Shown in pieces: positions 1 through 12,549 of a DNA stretch of 64,000 bases. The notes beneath the pieces were generated by a model. That model searched no databases, had not been told where the DNA came from, and was given only the letters and a program-made list of their open reading frames with translations. The stretch lies in contig NW_003314295.1 of the NCBI RefSeq assembly GCF_000143415.4, positions 682,019-746,018 on the forward strand, in the 5' to 3' direction. Within the stretch, counting starts at the first letter, position 1. Every line of letters begins with the position of its first letter. The position numbers were made by a program, and so were the translations under genes. The stretch is from Selaginella moellendorffii. Its lineage: Eukaryota; Plantae; Lycopodiophyta.

Positions 1-190
1 TCAAGAGCAGCTCCCACTCCCGAAAGGGAAACCGATTGCGGTGCTCCCGGCTCATGTGGAGTGGTGCCCCACTTGAGTACCATGCGGCTCATTGGTCCTC
101 GCCCTGCCTAGGGGCTTGGGCCTTCCTTCGGGATGGAAGTGGGGGGCGAGAGGTACCCATACCGGGCCGCTAGGCCACGGTGTTTCGCCC
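1..190. repeat. GC-rich dispersed repeat, homologous to 58961-59150 (probably non-coding retroelement sequence)
   Basis: Colinear shared words with 58961-59150 on the same strand: tcaagagc, tgctccc, acttg..tacc, ggctca, gtaccca, aggccacggtgtt. Composition shifts to AT-rich pol near 530. Confidence 0.55.
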
Positions 191-529
191 CGGCGTCCCG
201 AAGCAAGTGTTGCACTCAAGACTTGGGATTTAGAGGGTCCCATGATCAAGTCTTGTGGTACCAAAAGATGTTAGGAACCTGGAAGCTTGGTGTGCTTGGC
301 TGCTTGTGCTTGCGGGGAGTGTAGCCGAACCTTAAGTCCAGTCTAACCCGGGGAGGGGGATTGGGAGTGATTTGGGAATCCGTGGATGGTGGCTAACACT
401 CCGTTGCTCGTGCAGTGAGTAGCTGAGACCAAGTAGGAGCTGGTACCATAGGCGAGAACCTTGGCAAGGGAACTTAGCAAAAGCCAAGGCGGTGTTGGAC
501 GGATAGGCGAGGTAAGCTGGCAAATTGGA

Positions 530-3500
530 AAGGAAAAATTTGTGGCTTACACAGTAGTGGCTCAAGACCAACACCACGACTTAAACTCAATGGACCAACC
601 ACTCTACTCTACAAAGCTACACACTCAACATCAACAAAGATTAAAGACAAAACAACAAAACGAGAAGCCAACTCTCAAGCCTGAACAATTACAATCTAAA
701 GAATACAACATTCAGATTGATGATAATCCAGCCTTACAAACTGGAAATGACGACTTTACACCCCGAATTAACCTCAATGAAGAAACTGAAGAACTCAATC
801 TCGGATTTCAAGAAGATCCACACAACATAATCATTGCTGCAAATCTTGACAAAAACTTCAAGATCAAAGCTCAACAATTACTCATAACCTACAAGGACGT
901 TTTCGCATGGTCATACAAAGATCTCAAGGGAATACCACCGGAACTATGTACACATCGCATAGAGTTGCTACCAGGAACTCAACCAATTAAGCAAATAGCT
1001 TATTGCATGAACCCGAACTTCGCTGATAAAGTCAAAATAGAACTCAATAAACTACAAGATGCTCGATTCATTTACCCTATCAAGAATGCACAATGGTTGT
1101 CACCATTGGTTATCGTCCCGAAAAAGAATGGCAAATTGCGAATTTGTGTCAATTACAAAAAGTTGAACGATGTGACGGAAAAAGACTCATTTCCCATACC
1201 ATTCTTCGACGAGATACTCGACGCAGTTGCAGGACATGAGATGTATTCGTTCCTTGACAAATTTTCGGGATATAATCAAGTTCACATAGCACTAGAAGAT
1301 CAATACAAGATTGCCTTCATAAGTCCATGGGGCGCATATGCATACTCCCAAATGCCATTCGGATTAACGAATGCACCATTTACTTTTCAACAGATAATTA
1401 CTAACACCTTTCAGGAATACTTGACTGATTTTATGCGCGTCTTCATGGATGACTTCAGCGTTTTTGGAGCAAAAGAAAAACACCTTGAACACTTAGAAAA
1501 GTGTTTCATTAAATGTCGATAAAACCAAGTTGCACTTAATCCAGAAAAGTGTATTTTCTTTGTCAAATCCGGAATACTCCTTGGCCATGTTGTTTGTAAA
1601 GATGGAATTCTCATTGACAAAGCAAAAACAGAGGTCATCGTCAAAATGACTCCACCCATGGATTTAACAAGTTTGAGAAGATTTCTTAGAAAAATGGGTT
1701 ACCATAGATGTTTTATTCAAGATTATGCAAAGATTGCTAAACTGCTCATGGAGCTACTTAAGAAATCTCAAGTTTATGCATGGACACAAGTTTGTCAATT
1801 GGCCTTTGACACACTTAAGGATAAGCTTACAAAAGCCCCTATACTAGTTCAACCAAACTGGACACAGAAATTCATTGTACAAGTAGATGCATCTGATTAT
1901 GCACTTGGAGCTATACTTTGCCAGAGAAAAACTGATAATCGAGACCATCCAATATACTACGCAAGCCACAGACTTTCCCCACCAGAGATGAACTATACAA
2001 CCACGGAAAAAGAGGCATTAGGAATGGTCTATGCACTCACCAAATTTCGACATTACCTCCTTTCAAACAAAGTCAAGATCATGGTTGATCACCAAGCGCT
2101 CTTACACTTACTCAACAAGACAATACTCATTGGAAGAATTGCAAGATGGTTTCTTCTACTTTAAGAATTCAACTTTGAGATTATTCACAAGCCAGGCAAA
2201 CAACATACACAGGCTGATCATCTTAGTCGACTTACCACAGGGGAACAAGTTACGAAAACTAACGATGACTTACCTGATTCACACCTTTTTAAGGTCACAA
2301 CTCAAGGCATGCTCCAGGATATTTACAAATTCTTGACGACAACCAAGATTCCAAATCTTGAGGATATGACGATATTCAGTCGTGGGAGGCAAACTATATA
2401 AACTTGGACATGATAACATCTTGAGAAGATGCATAGAATCACAAGAAGAGATTAAGGATCTATTCGATGAAGCTCATGTAGGACGATCAGGAGGTCATTT
2501 TGCCGAAGAAATTACGGTCAAGAAAGTGTTACAAGCTGGATTATGGTGGCCAACACTCTGGAAAGATGCCACTCAACATTATCAAGAATGTGACATATGT
2601 CAAAGAATGAAGTTTCCACCGAGGAAAACTCAGGAACTCAATCCAACAACAGCATTGGAACCCTTCCAGCGTTGGGGACTTGATTTTGTTGGACCTATAG
2701 CAAAAAATAGCAAAGGAAATCAATACATTTTGGTCACTATTGACTATATGACAAAATGGGCAGAAGCTCTCCCACTAAAGAAAGCCACAACGAAAAATAC
2801 AGCCAAGTTTCTCTATGAAATAATTATAACACGATATGGATTACCGCGAGAAATTGTTACAGATCGAGGAACACATTTTCTGAATGAGACCATCGACATT
2901 CTCGTTAAAGAATTTATCATCAACCATAAGAAGTCAACACCATATTACCCCCAGGGTAATGGACAAGCAGAATCAACAAACAAAACGCTTAAAAACATAC
3001 TCAAAAAAATCGTCAAGACAAACCTTAAGGATTGGGATGAAAAGATTTATGATGCTCTTTGGGCTTACAGAATAGCCTACAAAGTTTCAACAAATTCTAC
3101 ACCTTTCAAGCTTGCTTATGGCCTTGAAGCGTTAACACCACTAGAGTACACAGTACCATCCTTGAGAATGGCCATTGAACTTGAAATTAATCAAGAAGAA
3201 TCAATCAAAAAAAGACTTGCGATGCTTGAGAAACTCGATGAAGAAAGACTAAGTGCAATATGGACAATTGAAGCAATACAAGCTAGAAGAAAAGTTTATC
3301 ACGATCGCAAACAAGTCAAGAAAAACAAAGTGCATTATAAAGTAGGAGATCTTGTATTATGGTATTGTGGCAATGTGGATAAACTGAAGGAAAACTCGTT
3401 CATCAATGGGAAGGACCATTCAAGATTACGAGTATACAAATCCCAGGAACAGCAAACTTGCAACTTTAGATGATGAAGAATTGCAAGTAGTTAACTTGAA

Positions 3501-4619
3501 CAAATTGAGGATTTACAAGCAACCACAAGTGCTTCACACTATGGTGGAATACCAGAAATTTCAAGAGAAAATGCTCAGAGAAATCAACGAAAACACATTC
3601 GAATGCATGCAAACACTTAGAGAAAATTTGCCTCAACAAGAATGGGACCTAACCCTAATCTTGGCGGCTGTGAGAAGAAAAGAATTCTGGGAGACAGTGC
3701 ATCAGGAAAAAGGGAGCCCACTTGGGGCAAACAGTGATCAAGACTGTAGCGATTCTTGGTCTGGTGAAAGCACAGCTTCAATGAGGACTAGAGTTGGGTC
3801 AAGGGCTTCATGCTGTCCACGGGAAGAGGAAGAACTGATAGATCTCTCCGACAAGGAGAACAAGGTATGCACGGTTTTCCAAGTGGGCAATCTGGTATGG
3901 TCTCGCGATGAGACTCTTGATGCGTGGCTGCAAAAGCATCAACTCTATGGCTTTTCGGTCCTGATGACAGCTACGACAAGCACCGACCAGCAGGGAATCG
4001 AGAGGAAGATTATCGATTTTGCACGCGGAAAAATCACGATTGAAGAAGAAGCCTTTGCCAAAGCTCTTCAGCTACTGAATAGGGGAAAGCAAGTGACAGC
4101 TCCGCAAGACAGAGCCATTGATCCGAAGATCATGAAGCGTGCAGCAAATTACAAGACAGCAGCATCTCTGCAGCTCTCCAATGTGAAGGAAAAATTCCGA
4201 GGGATTTTTAAATTCCTTCTCGCGACATTGGAATTCTGACACACGGCGACATCAGTGAGCAAGAATGTTGCCTTCATCTACGAGGACCTGAACAATGGAG
4301 TCCAAGTCGACTTGGGAGCATATGTTTACACTAAGTTCCATAGGGAACTCTCACAGGTTTACAATGCACTAGAGAGTAAGAAGAAAATTACAACAACGTT
4401 GTTCCCGTATATTGAGGCTTTGTCAGTCAACAATAACAGAGCATTGGTGATCGTCCCTCACGCCCAGGTGAAAGCAATGAAGGAGAAGCACAACCATAGC
4501 GATGGGAGCGAGGCATAGGAAAAAGAGGATGAGGAGCAAGACGACCAGGAGGAGGCACAGGAAAATCAAGTAGAAGATGTGGACGACCAAAAGGAGGCGC
4601 AGGAAAAATAGAGTTTTCA
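530..4619 (+). mobile_element. Degenerate non-chromovirus Ty3/gypsy internal region (RT-RNaseH-integrase plus extra 3' ORF), Athila/Selgy-like
   Basis: RT motifs WSYKDLKG, SPLVIVPKKNGKLRICV, FSGYNQ, MPFGLTNAP, VFMDDF; RNase H VDASDYALGAIL and NYTTTEKEAL; integrase GGHF/CDIC zinc finger, WGLDFVGP, VTDRG, GQAESTN. In-frame stops at ~1520 and ~2162. No chromodomain or additional RNase H seen. Confidence 0.9.
3541..4610 (+). pseudogene. Extra ORF downstream of integrase (env-like position), broken by stops, acidic tail
   Basis: ORFs 3406-4239 and 4255-4518 are in the same frame, separated by a stop, and continue into an E/D/Q-rich tract. Confidence 0.55.
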
Positions 4620-4781
4620 GGAAATGACTTGAGAGACGATCAATAGAGTTCAAATATAAAAAGAAATAACCTATGAATAAGAGTGCACCCCCTTTTTTAA
4701 TTGATTGGGGTTAAGCGTCCTTGGGTTTGAATAGTACTGAGTTGGGTGACCTCCTAGGAAGTCCGAACTCAGGAGTTTACA
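4619..4781 (+). mobile_element. 5'-truncated copy of the 5S rRNA-containing (Cassandra-like) LTR
   Basis: Aligns to 57542-57723. 5S-like core gttaagcgtccttggg...gggtgacctcctaggaagtcc at 4710-4764; ends ...ggagtttaca. Confidence 0.85.
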
Positions 4782-4967
4782 ATTGGACTCAAACATATCC
4801 ATTTGGGAGATAAAATCTACACTTGAGGTAAGGCTTATTATAGACATTTTAAAGATGAAAAGGCATAAACTCAGGAGTTTACAATTGGACTCAAATATAT
4901 CTATTTGGGAGACAAAATTTACACTTGAGGTAAGGCTCATTATAGATATCTTAAAGATGAAAAGGCA
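4766..4967. repeat. Two tandem copies of a 102-bp unit (LTR 3' end plus adjacent sequence)
   Basis: aactcaggagtttacaattggactcaaa...aaagatgaaaaggca starts at 4766 and at 4868. Confidence 0.9.
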
Positions 4968-7239
4968 CTCATGCTTAATGACAATTTAGTCTGGAAACAA
5001 ATTTTTGTGAATGAACTTGTATAAAGAAGTCCATTTTAATTCAAGGATGGAGTCAAATTTTTATTACAACTTCCCCTCTTGAGATTTATATATCCAAGAT
5101 TTTATCCTAAATAACATAATGTAAGAAAAAGATATTATTGTAACATATGAAATACAATAGATATACCTCCTTAGGCTAGTAGTAGGTTTTATGCATTGTA
5201 GTAAGTCTTGCAAGCTAACCTTGTTTAGTTGAGTATTTTGGCAGCCTAGATTGAGTAGCTTACTTGTGATAAAATCCTTAAGAGCGGACTTTTGAACTTA
5301 CTTCAGAGTTGTAAATGAATTTCTCATAGTCTCTTTCTACACAATATTTTTGAAATGGTTGAGAGAACTCTTTTGTATCCCTTCTTGCATTGGATACATA
5401 TATATGCCAACATGCATCTCAACTCTTCTAACCACTCCATCCTGTGGAAAAAGTAGTACATCCTAGCTTCATAGATGACACATATAGGAGAAATTTTGCA
5501 GAATCGACACTTGAATCCAATAGTAATGTTGTGGGTAGGAGGTTGATTATAGACCCTTTGGAAAATATAAAATTTCTATAATGATCTCTATTGCATACTT
5601 CATCCATACAATCTAATTGCCCATTACAATGAACTATAGATATTGTGGAAGTGTGTGAAGTATGTGTGAAGAAGTGTGTGATACCATTGAAGTGTTGGAA
5701 ATATGTAATCTTGATTTTATATCAATTGTGGACATTTTGCTTAGTTTCCATCCCTTTCTATTTGGAACCTATGCTACTAACGAGAGGTGTTAACTCAAAG
5801 AAAAATGTTGCTATTGTAAAAGGATGGAAGTTTGCTCATGGGCCTATATAAAAATAGTGTATGTTGATTGAGAGGCATGAAAATTGGAAAGCATTGCTAA
5901 CAAATTTAAATATTGGTGAAGATGGAGATGGTGAATTCAATGCTTACAATAGCATAACTTCTCCACTTGAACTAAAGGAGGAGGAGAGGATAATGATTGA
6001 CTCTTGCTTTACATTCACTTTGGTTAGAATGCATTTGACACTTTGATTGGAGATCCAAAAATTCAAATCTCCTTTGATTTGGAATATTGTAAATTCTATT
6101 GTTGTGTGCCCTTACCCACACTAGAAAAAAGAAACTTTAAGCATGCAAGTATACTAATGTCATTGTGAATTACAACCTCTAACAAAATAGAGGTAAGATA
6201 AAGATCAAAATGCCAATATAAAAAATTTTAAAAAATAATACTCTGAGAGAATGAAAGAGTTGGGTAATTTTGAAAATATAGAAGAAACCTCTTCATCCTT
6301 CTCAATAAGTTTTAGAGTTCTCTCTCTCTTTATGCTATTTATAAAATTCCACAGAGAAACATAAATTGAAATTTAAAGAGAGCAATAAGAAGAAAATCAA
6401 TAACATACAAAAAGAATAAAAATACTACAATATATCTAACATGTGCAAATATGACAATTGTAATATTACTATCATCTACTATGATGTTTAATGCATACAT
6501 GCACAAAGATCCAAGGATGAATTTTCATTATGTGAAATTTGATTGTTAGTGGTGATGTCAATAATGACATTCTAACACGGCATGTAAATCCAAGTGATCC
6601 GATTCAATTGTCAGCATATATGAAGTGTTAGTTTGTCAAATCTTAAGTCTAGGTGATGATAAATCTCATCAAATCTTAAGGCTAAGTAATGATAATTCTT
6701 CAATAATGGATTTGATTCTCAGTATGAGTCAAGTTTTATCCATAATTGTGAATACTACTCAATGACATTTAAAGCACATGCCTATTTTTGAGGTTTTAAT
6801 ACAATATAAAATAAATTTATGGATAAGGATTCATCCATTCATAGATTAATATAGTATAACATATTTTGTCATGCCTTATTTATACACTTCAAAGTTCTTG
6901 TAACAATTTCAAAATATATACAAAATATTGATGAGAATGCATCCTTTCTAGTTAATTTAGAAAAAATAATATCATATCTCTAATAATTGAAATGATGACA
7001 AGTGCTAGTTATATCGTCATTAAAATATACAAAATAAAGAACCATAAGATTGAGGACATTGTGACAATTGAGATTTAAGTTATTTGAAATGAACGGCCAG
7101 AATTAGAGATTGGTTAGGGTTGGGGCAACTTAAATTACTGTTTGTGCTATGAGTTGAGCGCAAGAGATTAAAAGATCAAGCTCACGAGTCCAAGAGAGTA
7201 TGAGAGATCAAGCATGTGAGTGCAAGAAAAATCAAGAGA

Positions 7240-7345
7240 TCAAGAGAGATTGAGAGAGTGAGAGGGATTGAGAGAGTGAGAGAGTGAGAGAGATGGAGAG
7301 AGCGAGAGAGTGAGAGAGTGAGAGAGATTGAGTGTGTGAGTTGAG
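7240..7345. repeat. Degenerate (GA)n/GAGAGT microsatellite
   Basis: gagagagtgagagggattgagagagtgagagagtgagag... Confidence 0.85.
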
Positions 7346-10164
7346 ATCAAGAGTGCAAGAGCATAAAATCAAGAGTAAAATAGATTTAACACACAAGTGG
7401 GAAGTTGAGTAACAATGCCACTAAGAGTGAGTTTTTTCCATTTTATTGCTTCTATATATTTTTCTTTTGCTCCTCCACTAGCAACCACCTTGTATTTTCA
7501 CTAGTAACCATAGGCATTTTCATGGCCACTTTAGGTATTTTAACCAGCAACCTTGATCTCGGCCTTGCTCATTGTGTGGTGTAAAGTACATCTTTCCCTT
7601 TCACTTTATAAAGGGCTTATTTTATTGTTTTGATTTCTAACATTTAGTGAAGGTCAAGCAAAATGCTTATGAATTTACATATCCAAAGAAGAGTTGGGAA
7701 GAGCTCTCAATACAAATTAAGCACAAAATTCAATATATAAAATTTTCAAAGTTAAAGAAACTAGTATGAATTGCAGAAATTACAAGCCGAAGGAATGGCT
7801 AGAGATTATAGTTGAAATTTTTGTATATGAATATAAGTTTCTTATATTATACTTCATTTTTCTCAATGATATATATATATTTCTTTTGCAGTGAACATAA
7901 CTCCAAATGACATAATTTATAATATCACAAAATTAAGGCTTCCATACAAGTAACAGATAGACACTTTGGAGTTCCTCAATGTCTACTTGATGAAGAAAGA
8001 AAAAGGATTGTCAGAAGTATTTGAGAACATGATGAAAAGGGTTGTTTAGATCACACAAACTATAAATAAAGGTAAGAAGTTCTTGGCACTATATATTGGT
8101 GACAATCAAAATGGTACATTCATGTCTTTCGACACCTATGTCAACATATAATTAGAAGGGATCAAAGAGGGGTGGCTGCTAAAAAAGTCTACAAGTATAA
8201 CAAATGATTATCAACATGGTCAACTTTATTTCATGCAACATGCAACTTACAGGTATAACATGATTTCAAAGATCTTTCCTAAATATATATTATTTATAGG
8301 TATTTTTGATATAGAAGCATGCCATTTGAGGCACCAGTTTGCACTTAACTTGTTACAAAGAGTATAAGGGATGGAGGAATGTATTCAATGATGTTTATGA
8401 AAGTTCCAAAGGCATGGAAGATAAAATGCCCTTAAAATTTAGAGCTCCTAAAGAATGTCAATATTGACAATGATGCAATGAAAGTGATGATGAAGAGGAG
8501 GATGAGAAAGATCTAGATCAAACTCACATTCCACCATCAAACAACCAAGCTCAAGCTCCAATAGACGTCCAAGATTTGGATCAGGTTTCATTAGCAAATG
8601 ACGATAATCAAATGGTTCATAGAATATCATGTCGACCTCAAGGTAAGTAAAAATGACTTTTACAAAGCAAATGTGGTAATACATGTTTTTTGTAGCAATG
8701 ATTATTGGTAGTAATTTTATTCTAACTCAAGGAGATGCTCATGACGAGGAGTTGGAGGAACTCTCATCAACAATATGCCGTATGATGGTAGCATATCATT
8801 CCTTGTTTTTTTCATTCATTTAACTCTTTTATAGGTTCATTCTATTTCTCTAATAACATACCAAGGCACTATGGGTGTCTTCATTGACTCCTATAGTAGA
8901 TTGCTAATATCTTTCATAGAAGATGACATGAACATGGTCATATAGTGTTAGTTCGACCATTGGTGCCAAAAGATACAAAGGCCTTTACTCCTAATTGCAA
9001 ACTTCATTATCTTTGACTTTCCAAAGGGAAAGTTGAGGACTGAAACTTTTTCACACTTGACCACATGTGTGATGTAATTCCTCTTATCAGAAACACTTAT
9101 GCTTGAAGTTAGTTATGTCATCTTCATCCTACCAAACAACTCCAACTAGATGTATAAACTTATAATATGCATAGTAAAAGTTTGTTTCAAGTCTTTTTCT
9201 TTTAAGTGCATCATAAATCCTATTGGCATTGATACTAGAGGTGTTCAAGGGAAGCCTAAAAAAGTGTAGATATTTTATAATTTATAAACTTTCTTATTTT
9301 CCAGGTTATGATGTGGACTTATCATGCCTTTTGTAGAAACACACATGATAAGTTTTGTGATAGCGAACGTCTAACATACATTTTGCTTGGGTACAATAGT
9401 TCCACTAACATCATACCCAACCTTGTGGATGAGCAGATCTATAACATGTTTCTAGGGTATTGATTTTGAACTCCATTGGCGATGTAAATCTTGCTTAAAC
9501 TTTATTGCCCACCAGATGGTGTTATGATTGATTGCACAATAAGTAACAATTTTATAGTGGAGGCAACATGTGACTCTGAAAGGTCGGTGTTTGCTATTGA
9601 AGAACATCATTTCTTCAAATGTTGACTCAGAGGATTTCGTGAGTTGCCTCCAACTTCAAGGAAATAAATTATGTTTATTAAGCTTTCAATTGTAGTGCAT
9701 GTGATCATGGGATGAAATTTAGATATATTATCACCATGGATCTTTGGAACCTTAGAGGATAAATAAGGATAAAATAGCCATTAAGGGCTCTCTTATCAAG
9801 TAATTGCCCCTTTTTCAGTTGGCTTAAAAAGAGAGAGATAAGGTGCGCTACATTTAGTATCAGAGCAAATGGCATGGATTCGATTCCCATTGATTAGTGG
9901 CTACCTTAAAATATAATATACCCTTGAGCAAGGTATATTCCTACCCCTAAATTTGAAATTGTACCTATTGGGTATTTATATTGGTATTGGACCCTAGTTC
10001 AATTCTCGTGGCTGAAGAGTGGGGCAAGAATATTCTAAAGGAATATTTAACATGGTGGATCTAGAGGGAGAACCAAGGTTTGGTAGACCCTAAAAGAAGG
10101 ACCATGGTGACTAAAGGGTGGCCTAAGTATGATCATAGGTGATATTGCTTGACAAAGGGAGGAT

Positions 10165-10268
10165 TGTTAGGCACAAGGTCAGGATAATAGAATAAAGAAA
10201 GAGTTTTGCAATCAAGTGATCACCTCTTTAGTTAGTTGGCTTAGGGTGTAAGGGATAGGATCTTAACA
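10165..10268 (+). mobile_element. Second, different ~104-bp LTR inside the TRIM
   Basis: tgtta...taaca termini, preceded by purine tract aaagggagga and followed by tggtatcaga (PBS-Met). Confidence 0.7.
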
Positions 10269-10280
10269 TTGGTATCAGAC

Positions 10281-10478
10281 ATATGTATGTCCTTCCTCTT
10301 GTGTGGAGTATTCACAGACGAAGGTATCTACTGTAAAAATATGGTACGAATGAATGATTAGTTGCCTCACATTAAATACATGTGTATGTCCTTCCTTTTA
10401 TGTGGAGTATTCATAGACGAAGGTATCCACTGTAAAACTATGGTACGAATGAATGATTAGTTGCCTCATATTAAATAT
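10281..10478. repeat. Tandem ~99-bp duplication inside the TRIM
   Basis: tgtatgtccttcct...gtggagtattca.agacgaaggtatc...ttgcctca.attaaata occurs twice. Confidence 0.9.
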
Positions 10479-12027
10479 TTGGTCTACATAATGGAAATGG
10501 AAGTGTTGGTTCCCCTTGGCTTAGTAGGGGTTGTTAGTCAATAGTCAATGACAACATTGACATCTCTAAAAGGGGGGGTGAGTGTAGCCCATGTGATCAT
10601 GGGATGAGATTTAGATATACTATCACTATGGATCCTTGGAACCTTAGGGGATAAATGGGGATAAAATAGCCATTAAAGGTTCTCTCATCAAACAATTACC
10701 CTTTTTCCAGTTGGCTTAAGGAGAGAGAGATACGGTGTGCTACATGAATACATATTTATTTCTATTTTATAAATCATAATCACTTAGAGTTTCTAAAATT
10801 AAAGGCTTTAGAAGTCTTCTTGACAAATGCAAGGTGAATCTTCCCCACAATACTAATATAAAAGGAGGCATAAAAGGAATCAATATGTTTATGATGAGGC
10901 AGAAGAAAGTTAATTGCATTTTTACATGAAAATGAAAAACTTGTTATATGTCAGATGGTAACAATGTCAAATGTCTGTGATAGCATCAGATGTTAGTGAT
11001 AGTGTCAGATATCATAATTGTAAATTGTCATTCTCACATATCACTATCACTCTATAGCACTTGTGTGTTGCCATCTCATCTTTCAATATCTTATAAATAA
11101 TTATAAGTGAAATGAACATCATTTATGTGGCAATTGTGGCAGTGCTCAAGAAACTATTCAAGCATATAGAAATGAATTTTTGACCCAAGAAAAAATGGCA
11201 TATTAAGCACTTTAGAATCAAACTTTTAGTGTGTTCATTAGTTCCCATTAAACTAGAATGACTATTGTGTTGATCTAAAGGCTGGCAAGAGAGCTTACAC
11301 ATTTTCTTCTTTTGAGTCATTCCTAAACTGAATACTACACTTCTAATATCTTATTTGTTATAATTGTTTTATAGTGAATATTCCACTCTAGAATAAGATA
11401 TGTTACCTACAACTAATATCACAAACATGGAGTGAAGGAGGTGCTAATTGTTATACAAGTAAATCCAATGCTAAAGGTTGAAAAGGTTATTTCTTGTGAG
11501 CCAATTTCTCATATCAACTAAGCAACTTGAAGAGTTAGTGCCAAAAGCAATGCATGTTACTTTAGAATGATTAGAAATTGAGTTAGAGTCTTGCATTTGT
11601 GCATTCAAATTTAAGGTTTTTAACAGTGCCATGTTTCTAGGGCTATCAAGATCTAAGGGTAAAGGGCTGCTAGTCAAGTTGGATTTAATATTATAGGATT
11701 TATAATACTTATACAAGCCAAATCCACAACTCAATTATTTTAAAGCCAGATTCCATGCCAAAGAAGTGGCTAATTGATTGAAGTTATAATCTTTTGAAAG
11801 AAGAGATTAAAAGTTTGGAGGAATAAGTTTCAAGTTAAAGACTTCCTCAAATATTGTTATTGATGCTACTATACCACCAATATTAACATTAGACTAGTAT
11901 ACATAATTAGCTAGAAATGAGAAAACTGTATAATATATGTTTTCCATTTCAAAAGGTGTCCAAGAAAAGATCAAGCTAACAAAGGAGTTAAAATATATCA
12001 CAAGGACATTGGTGCTATGGTTAAAGA

Positions 12028-12125
12028 ATGGGCTACTCCCCTTTAGAGATATCAATATCTTCATTGACTATTGACTAACAACCCCTACTGAGCTAAAGGG
12101 AACTAGCATTTCCATTTCCACATTG
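12028..12125 (-). mobile_element. Fragment of the same TRIM family (3' interior, PPT, LTR start), interrupted by the chromovirus
   Basis: Reverse complement of ~10490-10592 (tggaaatggaa...agtaggggttgttagtcaatagtcaatga...atctctaaagggg..gtagcccat). Confidence 0.8.
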
Positions 12126-12354
12126 TGTCAAGACCCCCAACAAGATCAAGACTGGAAAATGCTAAAGACAAAGAGAAAAAGCTAGTGAAAACAAAGAAAA
12201 AGCCTTAGACTGGTGTTGATTCAGATTGTGGAGAAATGGAACAAGGCTAACCTATATATACTATAGGTTGATGAAGCTCCACCACTCTTGGATCGAGGAC
12301 GGCCTAAATATAGCTGAGGTCGAGGAGGTGCCACATCATCATCAGGAATGTGGC

Positions 12355-12512
12355 TCGAGACTCAGGAATCGGGAAGTGTCTCGAGAGTCAGGAATAGGGA
12401 AATGTCTCGAGAGTCAGGAATAGGGAAGTGTCTCGAGAGTCAAGAATAGGGAAGTGTCTCAAGAGTCAGGAATATGATCTGCAGGTTAGGAATCCGGCGA
12501 GAGTCAGGAATG
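12355..12512. repeat. ~26-bp tandem repeats in chromovirus LTR U3
   Basis: ctcgagagtcaggaatagggaagtgt and variants, about five copies. Confidence 0.9.
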
Positions 12513-12549
12513 TGGCAAGAATTGGGGGATTCCTGACAGCACCCCCTCC

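Larger units (their letters stand above)
9691..10744 (+). mobile_element. TRIM (non-autonomous miniature LTR element) with 162-bp LTRs and composite interior
   Basis: LTRs 9691-9852 and 10583-10744 (tgtag...ctaca). tRNA-Met-type PBS (tagtatcagagc) after the 5' LTR; PPT aaaagggggggtgag before the 3' LTR; near-TSD tcaat/tgaat; no ORF. Confidence 0.9.

Noticed and set aside
5000-9690. Possible decayed DNA-transposon coding remnants (for example FKCRFCK-like on the minus strand near 5500)
   Set aside because: Too degraded to assign without a profile search.
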